Source: Podarcis liolepis
Lineage: Eukaryota
Direction: 5' to 3' (one strand)
Assembly: GCA_965112155.1 (NCBI GenBank)
Contig: OZ218106.1
DNA length: 64,000 nt
Shown: piece after piece, positions 21,230 through 33,485 of the stretch
Layout: the number at the start of each line of letters is the position of its first letter
How positions within the stretch are numbered: position 1 is the first letter of the stretch
Program-made: the position numbers and the translations under genes
The notes under the pieces: generated by a model
Databases searched by the model: none
Told to the model about the DNA's origin: nothing
What the model saw: only the letters and a program-made list of their open reading frames with translations

Positions 21230-23625
21230 CAACAGCACAATATCTACTCAAGAGGCAAGTCCCATAGAGTTGAATAGGGCTTACTCCTGGGTATGTGGGT
21301 AAAGGATTGTGGCCGAAAACCCTTTTGGAAATCAAGCCCAATGTAGTGCCATTCAATCCTACAAAGTTTTGAATGAAGAAAAGAAACTACATGAGGATGT
21401 GCACGCTTGTTTGATTTTTGGTCTTTTGTCTGAGAAGGGATGCTGGATTCTTTGAACAACATTACAAACATGGAAACAAAGCCTATTGTAAATCCCAGGC
21501 CACTCTTGGATATTTCAGTCCACAACGTTTGTTAATGTAACTATGGAACAGGAGCAGTGATTCAAACGACAGTGACAGGAGCAGGTGCCACTATAACAAA
21601 AATAGCAAAGCACTGCTGAGAAATTTAAATCTTTAAGATGGGTAGCAAAGAACAAAAGGCGCTATGCTTAAAAGGATTTGGTTATCTTTATTTTCATCTG
21701 TCCACTCCAGTTTCTTTCATCACTTATAGTACATAAATTCTGATGTAATGGAATACGATAGGAACACCAACATTAGATCTCTTTAGTATAAAGTTGTGCA
21801 GCATCTTGGCACACACAAATATATATATTTTAAAACATAGCAAATCCAGCTACTTTTCTAAAATGTTCAAAAAGTAAAGCATAGCTTTTTAAAAAGTGAA
21901 TTTCAGAAAAATGGTTCACATTGTTACATTAGTCTTCCCATAGATGCATCGGTCCCCTTGTTTGACGGCTGCTTTCAGTGTGTTGTTTTTTTAAAGGGGA
22001 AACATTTGAAATTATTATTCAAACCCGATTTGCAAGGAATGGAAAACAAGTGTTAACAATGTTGCTCCTGCTGTTCATGGACCCGGAGGAAACAAATGAG
22101 AACCAAAATTCAGGAACCTGCCAGGAACTTTGCTACTATCCTCCCATCCCTCCACCTATCCTACCAATTTCTGCAAGTGAAATCAGGAGGGGGGATGAAA
22201 CCAAGACTGTTTCCCCACTAGGGCATTGAAACTCTTATCCATTTCCTTGGAAGTTCTACTATGTTCAGTGGGTTTTACTCCCAGGTCAGGGGCATTGCTA
22301 GGGAGTGAGCCAGCGGACTTGAGTCCTGGGCCTTTTGTGCCTTCTGATGCTTTACTGTGTAAGGCATGTCTGGAATATCGCTTTGTCGGATTGCTTGAAG
22401 TGATACACAGTGGACCAACCAATCCAGAACCCTGCTGGGCTCCTGCTGGCAAAATGGAGGAGAGCTCTTCCACTCCTCTCCCATGATTTTTCTTAACTAT
22501 TTCCCTCCTACTGAAAACACTGGGAGGGAAATCAAAGGGTCTCCAGGGTGGACTGAACTCACTACCTTGTTTGGGGGCATGTAAGGGGACTGAAGTGTTG
22601 GGTCCTTTGGATAGAGCCATTTCTCAGGTTCACACCCAGCATGTACCCAAATCTCCCATGGTTTGGTCCTACCAACAGTGGAAATCTGATATTGGTAGGG
22701 AAAGGGCTGTGGAAGTTTCTCTGACAATAGGGAGGAGACCTTCAAATACAGGTCTCACTCTCCAAGGATGGGACTTCCTAAGTCCTCATGGTTAGGAAAC
22801 ACAAAAACAAACTGGAGCAATCTGGTCTCTTGAATGATCAAAGCATTTCAGAACATAAGACCACAAGTCAAGAAGCACAAGATTGCTCTAATGGAGAGAA
22901 AAAAAGATGGAAAGAAGTAATTTCCAAGAGTACCTTCCATCCCTTAGTAAATAAGATACAGCTTTCTACTCTTACATTATCATAAGGGATATCCTGCCTT
23001 TCCCTATTTTGCTTCTTTAGCCCCACCCCATCTTCCTGAGGCCATATTTTAATTACCATAACAAGACACTGTTCTGTCTCCTACAGTCTGAGTACTTAAG
23101 TACTGAGACACAGTACACAAAGTATTTAAGAACAGCCCTAATAAGTCTTTAGTCCCCTGTAGCTCTATGAAAAAGCAAATTTCCTATATATGCAGCATCC
23201 TAATTCCCCTCCAATATCACAGGCTAACCCCAAAGCAAGCAGGGCTACTCTTCAAACTAGTAGTCAACTCAAGCAAGAAGGTCTACCCCTGTGGTGGTAC
23301 CATGCAACTTCAGACTTTCCTTAGTCTCTTGCCTCTTAATGACTGTGAATCTTTTACATTTAAACAACCCCCTCCCTGAAATACAGCATTTGTACTTCAC
23401 ATTTTCACAGTCACCACACACACACACACACACACAGTATTTTTAAAAACTTGCAGGGTAAGAAAGTATTTTCACATAAATTTAAATATGACTCTCTTTC
23501 TATCCCGCTATCACTGCAACCACAGAAATGAAGCAAATAAATTTTAATGCTCCAAGGTACTGATTCTGTGTCACCATGGTTGACAGGATCCATGCAAGCT
23601 TCAGGAGATGGCATTTGACTTTATG

Positions 23626-23788
23626 NNNNNNNNNNNNNNNNNNNNNNNNNNNNNNNNNNNNNNNNNNNNNNNNNNNNNNNNNNNNNNNNNNNNNNNNNNN
23701 NNNNNNNNNNNNNNNNNNNNNNNNNNNNNNNNNNNNNNNNNNNNNNNNNNNNNNNNNNNNNNNNNNNNNNNNNNNNNNNNNNNNNNNN
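23626..23788. other. Assembly gap (163 N)
   Basis: Run of N. Confidence 1.
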
Positions 23789-23827
23789 AGTAATTTCTAC
23801 CAAAAGCATTTCCCCCTCTGCTGTACA

Positions 23828-23967
23828 NNNNNNNNNNNNNNNNNNNNNNNNNNNNNNNNNNNNNNNNNNNNNNNNNNNNNNNNNNNNNNNNNNNNNNNNN
23901 NNNNNNNNNNNNNNNNNNNNNNNNNNNNNNNNNNNNNNNNNNNNNNNNNNNNNNNNNNNNNNNNNNN
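23828..23967. other. Assembly gap (140 N)
   Basis: Run of N. Confidence 1.
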
Positions 23968-24844
23968 TGACATTGCAGCCTATTCCTTCGCTGAGCTTTC
24001 AACTGACATCTGCCAAGCAAGAACTTCAAGTAAGAGCTTTTTTTTTCTTTAACAAGGAACCAAGAGTTTTCTTTTATCCTATACCCAGGATGGAAAGGAT
24101 AAAAAAGTAAGAGCGGGAGCTCAGGTCTCCCACCCCCCCGTTTTAATATGTTTATTTTATGCTCCTTGAATCTCTGTGCTTTCCTCAGAGTAGCATTTGT
24201 CACTTGCTGCTTGGCACTGCTATGATTTGAGAGAACTTCTCTTTGTTACTACCGAAATATTGGTTATCCTTCACACAAGTCACGGATCCCCCCAAATTTC
24301 TTTCTTACTCCAGCATTTAGATTTCTTTTCCCTATGCAGATCCAAACCAACAATTCATTTTAGAAGTCTCTCACACATCCAGTCATTTATGTATTCATGT
24401 AAGTATACCGAGATATTTTACTTACAGATTGGGCATTACAGAAAAAGATAAGGTGTGTTCATGTAACATGGATGTACTGGGGGAGGAAAACCCTCCTGCT
24501 GTACAATAGCCTGCGACCCTTACCCCACTTAGAAATAATATTGCTGTGGGCACAGAAAAATAAAACAACCTACTGAAGAGTGTTTTTCCCCTTTCCTGCA
24601 CAATCTAGGCTTCATAGCAGTAAAAAGTGTCATTTGTTTATACAGACTTACACATGATTGTAGTGAACCACAAGCCTTTTAGAAAACTGGAACTCCAAAC
24701 AAAAATTAGAAGTTATTTGGCTGCACTAACCAATTTGTTTCACATGCACTTAACACTGGGATCAAATTGAGGAGGAATGAAAAGGAAGAAGTTCAATGTA
24801 GTGTCTTCTAAAAAAGCACAAGTCTTTTGCATTCCCTTTCCCTG

Positions 24845-24975
24845 AAGGGGTAGCCAATGAGAGGCTCTCCAGATGTTGCTGGACAACCAGCCTCATCATT
24901 CCTGACCACTGGTCATGCTGGCCAATGGGAGTTGTGATCCAAAGTATCTGGCAGGCACCAGATTGAGGAAGGCTA
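24845..24975. mobile_element. Palindromic MITE (family A), diverged
   Basis: ctccagatgttgctggac...catcattcctgaccactggtcatgctggc...gggagttgtg...atctgg. Confidence 0.7.
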
Positions 24976-27900
24976 GTCTAAGTGCCATAGAGTGGATCCC
25001 ACAATGATGGCCACACTAACTACAATGGTTGAGGATAAAAAGCCATGCTGCTCTTTCTGGGTCATGTTACAGCTTAGTTATGTTACAAACTGAAGTGTGT
25101 CTGTGAAAACACCCTCAGACGAAATAATTTGTCTATGTGATTGGCATTTGAGTCTACTTTGCCTTATGATTCATCCCAGGCAGCTAGGCAAAGTTGAACT
25201 GTGGGAATGTGCATTTACAGAGGTGCTATTAACAATCTCTCTATAATCTGGGGTGTCTCAAAAAGCAATGCAGCAAAGTCCCCTAAGTGTATTTTCATCA
25301 ATACTAGCCACTAGTGTACATTTATGGGTGACTGCATCAAAACCCATCAATAGATCAGTAAGTATTAATGAGAGAATTTGTTGATGGCTGGAAGGTAGCC
25401 ATCCATCAATGCGGCATAAACTGCCTTATATGATGATGTTTCATTGAAGTGTTTGTGAGAAATCAGAGTCAACTAGGATTATTTAGGCCACAAACGTCCT
25501 GATGGATCTATGCAAAAGGAGGAGTTTTGTTTTTCGTAAGCTGTAATATAAATATTTCCTCAGTACATTTAATTTCAAAAATCAATACAGAAAGACACCA
25601 ACACGAAAACCACCTCTGGAACAGTATGGAGGGGAGAGGGAAGCATGAAACACTTCCATTAAGGCTAAAAAAAAATACCCCCACCCTAATATTTAATGAC
25701 AGAATGTAACGGCAATTCTGGAACTCTTTCTTTGGAACTACACATTAGGAGAAAGAAGTATATGAAAACAGGATCAGGCTCCCATGTCCTGATGTCATCA
25801 CATTGAATTTTTTGCTTTAGCCACTAGTGGCTGATACAGAGTGACACTGGGGGAAACGTGCAACATGACAAGGAAACAAACAAGTTTCCTTAAACGTAGA
25901 GTGGACAGGGAAAAGACAACATGGGAGAATACTATTGTTGGAAGAAATTCAAGTTTCACCAAAGGTTTGTTTCTGTCCTAGAACTCTTGTGAAAGACAAA
26001 GGCTGAGTATATTGTGAAGAACATGAAGCCTGGGATTCAGAGCAGGGGTGGGTTTTTTCTTTTGTTTGCCAGAGAGCACGATTCACCTTTGGCCAACCCT
26101 CTAGGGGCTGAATGCCAGTAGCAGATGTGGCTAAAAGTGAGTGCTGCCCACACTCACTCTTGTGTGCACTCACAAGTACCCCCCACACATGCAGAACTAA
26201 TCCAAGTGCAAGACAGAGGACTCACATACAGAGTTACACAGCTCTCTGCCTCAGTTGTCTGAGCAGATCATCTGAGGAAGAGGGTTTTCACCCCCCACCC
26301 ACCCATCAAATGTTAAATCTGATGAGAATGGAGGAGGGGTTTTAAACTGTCATCAAGGCACTAGGGCTGGACCAAGTTGATTAAAGCAGAGCTGTGTTTA
26401 CTATTAAGTTTGTTTTCTTTTTGTCACCACCATTAAAAATCAGTGGGATTTTGTGAGAGCCAGAAAAAATTGCAAGAGGCAGTGGCGGTGAGGAGGCCGG
26501 TGATTACACACCTACCCACCCACCCCTATTTTTTTCTACTGGTTGAAAGACAATCACATTTTCCTTCCCCATGGCTTTTTGTATGAAAGAAAATTTCCTT
26601 GTTAAGTTTATTTTGTTTTCTTTTTCTGTTAGGGAAGAAATGCTTTTCTGAAAATGAAAGAGTGAAAGAAATAGCTTTTCTTTTTATCTTGCTGATCTTC
26701 CTTCTCAAAGTTTTTGCATGAGAAACTTGATAGTATTGTGTGCATAGAAAGACTCTCTGTAGGAAGTAATGATTCTGAATCCCAGATTAACTGCAAGGCC
26801 TTCATAACACTTGGGGAAAACAAGGGAAAGACGTACATTGTCCTAAGCGTGTTTCTCACTAACAATAGGTTCAGGTCACTGGTTCACAATGTTCACATTG
26901 CCACAAAAAGGATGCTCAATATAAAAGGAAAAAGGAAAGAAAAGCAGTAGAAAGAGGGGAAAGTTTAGCACTTCTTGGTGCTGTTTTCTTTTAGAGTAAA
27001 TGAAAATATGAAAAGGATACAAGTGTTCGATCTATTCCTTGTTTTTTTCCAGTGGGTTTGCACAGCTTGGAAATGATGTTTAATGGATGGTCTGAGCACT
27101 CTCTCCAGATGCTAACGATGAAACATTTAATGCCAACATCTGAAGATGCCAGCCTCAGATTCAAAAACACCTACACCTGTCTGACTGTGTTGTAGTAGCA
27201 ATTAGTTAACAGAGAATTAAAAAATGAATCAAGTCACGACGAGATTGATTTTAAAAGTTGTGTGGGCCATAAAATGGGACAACAGTACATGTGCTATGAG
27301 TGGTAGCTTATCGTGGTTTAGTACCACTCAGATGGTGACTGCCTTAGTTAATATTAAGTGACTGCGCACACAGGCAGTGCCCTCATTTCTTACACAAGCA
27401 CAGCTCTGGCTTCATTGCTAACAACCAAACTTTCCAGCTGTTTGAACCATTATGTTAGCGAATGAAGAACTCAGTTGGTATATACAGAATAAGACATGAA
27501 TTCAAATACTATATGGTTAAATGACAGTACACAGAAAATATACATCTTAGAAACAGAGAACTAAAACACCATCGGTTTCCATCTCATGAGATACAACTCT
27601 CACTCCCCAACAAAACTTCTATGGGATTGAGTTATACACCCTTGAAACTTGTATCTCCAGTAATATGTTTATTTCAGTAATTTTACACAATTTGAGGTAG
27701 CGCAAGAAATAAAATGACATAAAAGGCAAACTTTTACATCAGTTATGCAGAAAATAAAAATTCATCCTAACTGCTTATCAATTGATTATATATCTTATGT
27801 TACAAATATCATAAATGTTCCAAATGGGTTTTACATCGTTATTTAATTTGAATGCTTAGAATCCTTCCTGTTTGGCAACACAATATAGATAAAAATCAGA

Positions 27901-28160
27901 ACGTATCAGGCATTTTCTTTTTTTATGAGTTAAGGTTTTAGACGATATGTGAGACTTTAGGGAAAGATGCATTCACATATATGTCACCGGACAACAAACA
28001 AGCTCAAAAAAGAATAAAAGAATGTTGGTGAATCAATCAGCCTTGGTTGGATTTTTTTTTTTGGGGGGGGGGAATCCTTACTCCAGTTGCAATCCAGAAC
28101 AGAAGCCATTTGCTGTGGTATAGCTCTGCAGTCATCCTATATACATCACCGGAATTCAGA

Positions 28161-28992
28161 GTTGTTGGCATCCATCTGTCTTGAGAGACAATGGAGGAGT
28201 GCGCCATTGGAAGTGAAGTCAATCTTTTGAGAGAATTACAGCGCCTGCTGTGGCTGTAGAGACTGATATCGGAGACACATTTTGTTGCAGCTGGGGCAGA
28301 TGAAGGCATCTGGTTGTGCTGCTTCAGATGCACCATGACGTTTCTTCTCTCTGCGCTCCTCCCAGCAGTCATTCCTCCTCTGGTCACTGCTGTGGATACA
28401 CAACTTAACTGTTTGTCTCGAGGCACTGCAGTTGTCTGCAAGGGATTCCCACATGGCAGGGTTGATGTTGCCAGCCTTAATGTCTTGTTTGCAGACATCA
28501 GTTGGTCTGAAAATGGGACTGGAGCCTGAAGCCACTTCCCCGTAGAGGACATCCTTGGGGATCCTTCCCTCTTGCATTCTGTGGACATGTCCAAGCCAGT
28601 GTAGATGCCGGTGAGACAGGTGTACAAACATGTGGGCTTGAAAGAGTCTCTGTCCTGCCACCCCATGCCCCAAATCTTCCTGATGCAGCACATGTGAAAG
28701 GCATTGCTCCTAATTAAGGTGCCCATGATTCACTTCCTTAAAGTGGTGTACTCAACACACACGCCTGGTCTGCCTTGCCAGTACGTTTGCCCAGCTCAGT
28801 GTCAATGGAGAAGTTGCTGGTTATGGTAGAACCCAGATAGAAAAATTGTCTACCACCTCAAGCGTGTGGTCACCAATGCTGATGGGTGGAGTGCTGGCAA
28901 CATTCAGACCCAGGATGTTGGTCTTCATCAGGCTTATGGCAAGGCTGAACTCCCTGCAGGCTTGGGCAAAATGGCTGATGAAACTCTGTAGA
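28161..28992 (-). mobile_element. RTE-clade LINE, about 830 bp 3' portion, frameshifted
   Basis: Minus-strand peptides LQSFISHFAQACREFSLAISLMKTNIL...LEVVDNF (RT C-terminal region), HLHWLGHVHRMQEGRIPKDVLYGE, WESLADN and FICPSCNKMC; (CAA) tail at the left. Confidence 0.92.
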
Positions 28993-31900
28993 GTTTTCAA
29001 GTACTTGAACAGAAACAACACTCAGAATTGGTGAAAAAGGAAAGTGGTGTCCATTGAAAAGAAGCGGGGGTGGGGATGTTTAGGTCCACCTGCAGTGCAG
29101 TGGGATGGCTTCCCACCTGATCTGCCTGCACTTTGAGTACTACACAGATACGATGCTTTCAAACATCTTCAACATTTTAAAGCCTGTGTGTAGGAGACAT
29201 CTGTAGCCTACACCAGTTTGGGATAAAGGAATGTTGAATCATGAGCAAACTGGGATTTCCTTGTGGGTGACCTGTCAATAATCTGCTAGGTATAATGCCA
29301 TTTTTTAAAGTAGATAAATTAACTTTAACTGCACTTTGGGTGAGAGAGACAGTAATATGGTCTCCTGTGTCATTATCGTTTTACATCTGGATATGAGATT
29401 TTAAAGAAGAGAGATATATTTATAAAGAGGCATGAACTTGCTGCTGTCATTGAAAAGCTGCAATCTGGTTTTTAGTGTCTGATCCAATTAAATGTATATC
29501 TGGGAAGACACACAACCAAATAAATAATTGGAGAGGTGCAATTCTGAAATGACAATTGTTATTCATTGATCCCGCTTTTGCAAGTTGAGATTGAGAGATG
29601 TAAACTTCAAGTGAATGTGATCTCCTGGGTGAGATTCTTCAGTTCAAACACAGTAAACAACTGTTGTTCTCTGATGCACATTTTAGTATTGCTGCAGGCA
29701 AGCTTTCTAAATATTAATTCAAAATCTACTACAAGCAGACTGCAGAGATGAATTGAGAACATCAGGGAGGCACTCTGGTGATGGCATTCCTGCCCACGTC
29801 AAAGGTTTAATTCAGAGAGCCTACATTCCAGGTCAAATAAATAACAGATTCCGCCAATTAGGAGGTATCATCCCATATGTTCACAGGTGGGGGGAGGCAA
29901 TTAATTAATGTGTCCAATATCACACACTGTTTACTCACATAAAGTCAGTCTCCCATATAACCATTTCTCTTTACTATTTACTCTTAAATTTCCCCTCACT
30001 TCATTCGCTGCTTATAGCTGTATATTGTTATAGCACCTATAGCAGTGATTAATCCAGCAAGCTAAGAAATACTAGTTTGAGAAGACAAGCTTTACTCCTG
30101 GAGTAAAGCTGTACCCCAGTTATCCTTTGGATGACTGCAAGGGATCTGGGGGGCATCCCAACCTAATCACCCACTTCTTCCGTGATACCCCTAAAACTAC
30201 TGCCCAGAGCAACAGCTTGGATTGACTGTGCACTCAGACCAGCCAGCATCTAGTTGGAATGCATCTAACTGGAATGACGAGTTAACTTTCCTTCCCTCTT
30301 TGCACTAGGCAAGGAGCAAGTAAAGTGAGGACAGCAATAAAAAGATGTGTGACCCTGACTAGTGTTAGCATAAGCACAGAACAACACGGTGTTGAGAAAG
30401 TTGGAACAACAGTGATTTCACACTTGGAGAGGTAAGGAGACCTCTTTGATACCCACTCTAGGTTTCTGTAAAAGAATGGGATATTCACCATGCCTATCCT
30501 CAAATTAGGTCATGATTCAATAGAGTTAAGATAAAATTGCAAGTGTTTCAGAGACTGCAACAATCAACTCCATTTAATCTGTGCGAAGTAATATAATCTT
30601 ATCGTTTATTCATATAAGGAAGCTCCTTAAATCCATGCTAGGGAAAAAACCTCTTTGCAATTCTTTAGACACATTAGGCTGTTCTATTAGCCAAATCAGA
30701 AAGCTCAGCCAAAGCTCATAACATGGTAATTATTGACATTTTGCTGATCATATATAGTCAACATGAGAACCATGGAAGGCATGATTACTTATTCCTGGTA
30801 TTAAAACTAAAATGTTTGGGTGCAATCCAGCCTAAGTTAAACACTTGCAAGTCTCACCAATTTCAATTATTTTTAAAAAGCTAAATACACGAATAACCAT
30901 GTGACCATGTCATTATTTCTAGTATTTATACACTGCAGGTCCAAACACTGTAATGAATGGTAACTTTAAAATGGGTTTTCCATCCTCTGAATTTCTGGGT
31001 AATCTGCTGTACTCATTGTGAACTGGCAACTTGTAGCCGGCAGTTTCATCTCTATAGTATAAGCAAATTAACTTCTCCAAAGCGCTGGGGCTGCACATCA
31101 CTGCAGGCAACAAAGCCTGCAGTATTGTTCTAGATGAACCATCCTGATAGTTGCGGTACTTCCTCTAGGCCTCCCTTCTCCCGCAGAATTAACCCCAGGG
31201 AATGACATCATGTCAGGGTTTCCAGATGGATTATGTGAAGCCATAGCTCAATGTCATTTTCAATAGCCAAGCTTATAATTAAAGGTCAAATAGTCACTTC
31301 ATCTGCAATCAATCAATAGAAGAAGTACTAATACTAAGCACTAATCAATCAATGGCAAATACACTAATAAAAGCCATGCATCAAATGTCTTGTGTTTCAT
31401 GTGCTTGCATGTACTAGGCATGCATGTTCCAAAGAGGCAGAGAGAGAAAAGAACAAAATGAGAGCAAATATGCCTGAGGGAATTCTCAGGTGCCACATTT
31501 ATCTTCGCTAGTGAGATTTTATATCCCTAATTATCTAGTTAAACAAAATACAAATAAAAGTGATGTCATGGCAGAAATTATGCCTTCTTGTTAAAAAAAA
31601 TGAGCGGAGTTCAGTTTCTATCAAAGCTGATGTTATTAGATGAAATATACCAAGGAGCAATGTCAGGGAGGACTGTATGTTTTTTCGTGTGTGCGTGTGT
31701 TTTGATCCATACAAATTCAACCTATGCACCCTGTGCCTTGAGGAAATGCAGGTACATCAACTGTTCTGTCTACAGAAGGAAACCCAACATATGGGAGGGA
31801 ACTGTGCTTGTCTCAGTGTTGAGTGAGAGCTTCTTCATGGATCCAAGCAGAGGAAGTGGCAGATGGCCTCCTGAGCATGCCGCATGTGGGAATTAGTTGG

Positions 31901-33409
31901 TTTCATAATACGGTGTGGGAGAAGTGCCTTACAAGAGTCTTCTCATGCTTCTCTTATTACCACTTCTAAGGCTTCAAAGCTGTCATCTTTCCTCCTCCTC
32001 TGCTGGTGCTATGCTGCACTCCCCAGGGAATGGACGCAAGGCACCCTGTGGAGGCTTCACATGCCAGAATGTGAAAAATCAGTTTAAGCTCCAAGTGAAA
32101 TGGCTTTTGTTGCAGGAGGCCCCTAAGTGCTCTTGTTTGCTTAGTGGTGCTGGAGTTTTGAAGGCAGATAAAAACATCCTCACAGCGGACTTAAAAGAAG
32201 GCCCTGAAGTTCACTGCTGCCCTTAAATATTCAAACACAAGTGTTAAAAACAGAATCTTGCTTCTCTCCTAAATCTGTTCAGGTAAATTACAGTGGAACA
32301 CCACAACAGACAAGTTGTCATTCGTTATGAAGTCGGCAGCAAAAGTCTTGTTGGTTTCCTGGGTAGAAAGATCTGGCCTTGGGAACAGATGATAGTAGAT
32401 TAACTTAATTACTATTCCAGAACAATGTGACTTTAGACAAAACATCACTCCCATGTTGTCAGGGGCCTCAATCCAGAGATTCCATTTATACTCCCCCCCG
32501 AACTGCAGCATCTTGTCCCATTGCGTCCCCTGAAACCTCAGAAAACACACCACAAACAAATCTGCTCTAAAAAGCTGGCAGATTAAACATACTTTCACAA
32601 TTATTCCAAAGCTTCCTGACTAGGACCTCTAGTAAATTTTATGACAAAAAATTACTTTTCTAAATATAGAAAATTTTAGATCAGAGTACAGTACTTAGGA
32701 AATTTGTAACACAGCAATCTACCTTTTTAGGATCAACAATAAACCCCAGCTGGCAACCAAGGGACCCACTTTTATTTTTAGCCACTAGAATCCATCTTTC
32801 TTCTTCTCTTCTCTTTCCTTAGTCTTTCTCCTATTACTTTCTTCTATTTTCACTTCTCTTAAAAAATGTAATTAAACAAGGAAATTTGTAGAGACGCTGC
32901 TGGTGCAATCCATCTTATGTCAGTAACCGCATGCTTATTCAGGAGCTCTCTGCCCATAATGGCGTCTAAAGACAATGGCAGACATTCACCTCTTCTGTCT
33001 CTTTACTCTGCAATAGTGGTTTCAGCTAGCATAACCACCTGATCAGCTGATACTTCCAGTGAGGTAAACACTCAAATCACTTAGCTGGTGCAAGACTTTT
33101 GCTGTTCATAGACAAGATCTCTTAAAAAGAAAAAATAAATATTTTCTATAGTATCTGCACCCAAGGCAGCATACAGGGATAAAAATGAACAAAGCACAAG
33201 TTTAAAAATCTGCAACAGAAGGGGGGGGGGATTCAATATTAAAACCAAAACAACTTAAAGGATACTTCAACATTATTAAAAGTCCATCCAAAAACAACAA
33301 CAACACCTTTTCAGATCCTGTCTCAAAAAGGGGAGAAATGAGGTTGTTGGGTCTTCCCAGGAAGGCCATTCAGACATATTGGCATCATCACTGAAAAGAC
33401 TTGTCCTCT

Positions 33410-33485
33410 GCATCTGCCCTCCTTCTGGCAACTCCTGCAGCCAAGCATCTCTCAAGACAAGACGGATGCCAACAACAACAACAAC
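33410..33485 (+). mobile_element. Short RTE-derived fragment with (CAA)n tail
   Basis: ctcaagacaagacggatgccaacaacaacaacaac matches the reverse complement of the RTE terminus at 28161-28185. Confidence 0.6.

Noticed and set aside
22320-22470. Faint resemblance to U2 snRNA (ggccttttg, atcgcttt, tccactcc)
   Set aside because: The motifs are out of order and too short, with no continuous alignment.
21004-24203. ORFs containing long X runs
   Set aside because: These are artefacts of translating N gaps.
28037-28726. 229-aa and 151-aa ORFs as host genes
   Set aside because: They are frameshifted pieces of an RTE LINE ORF.
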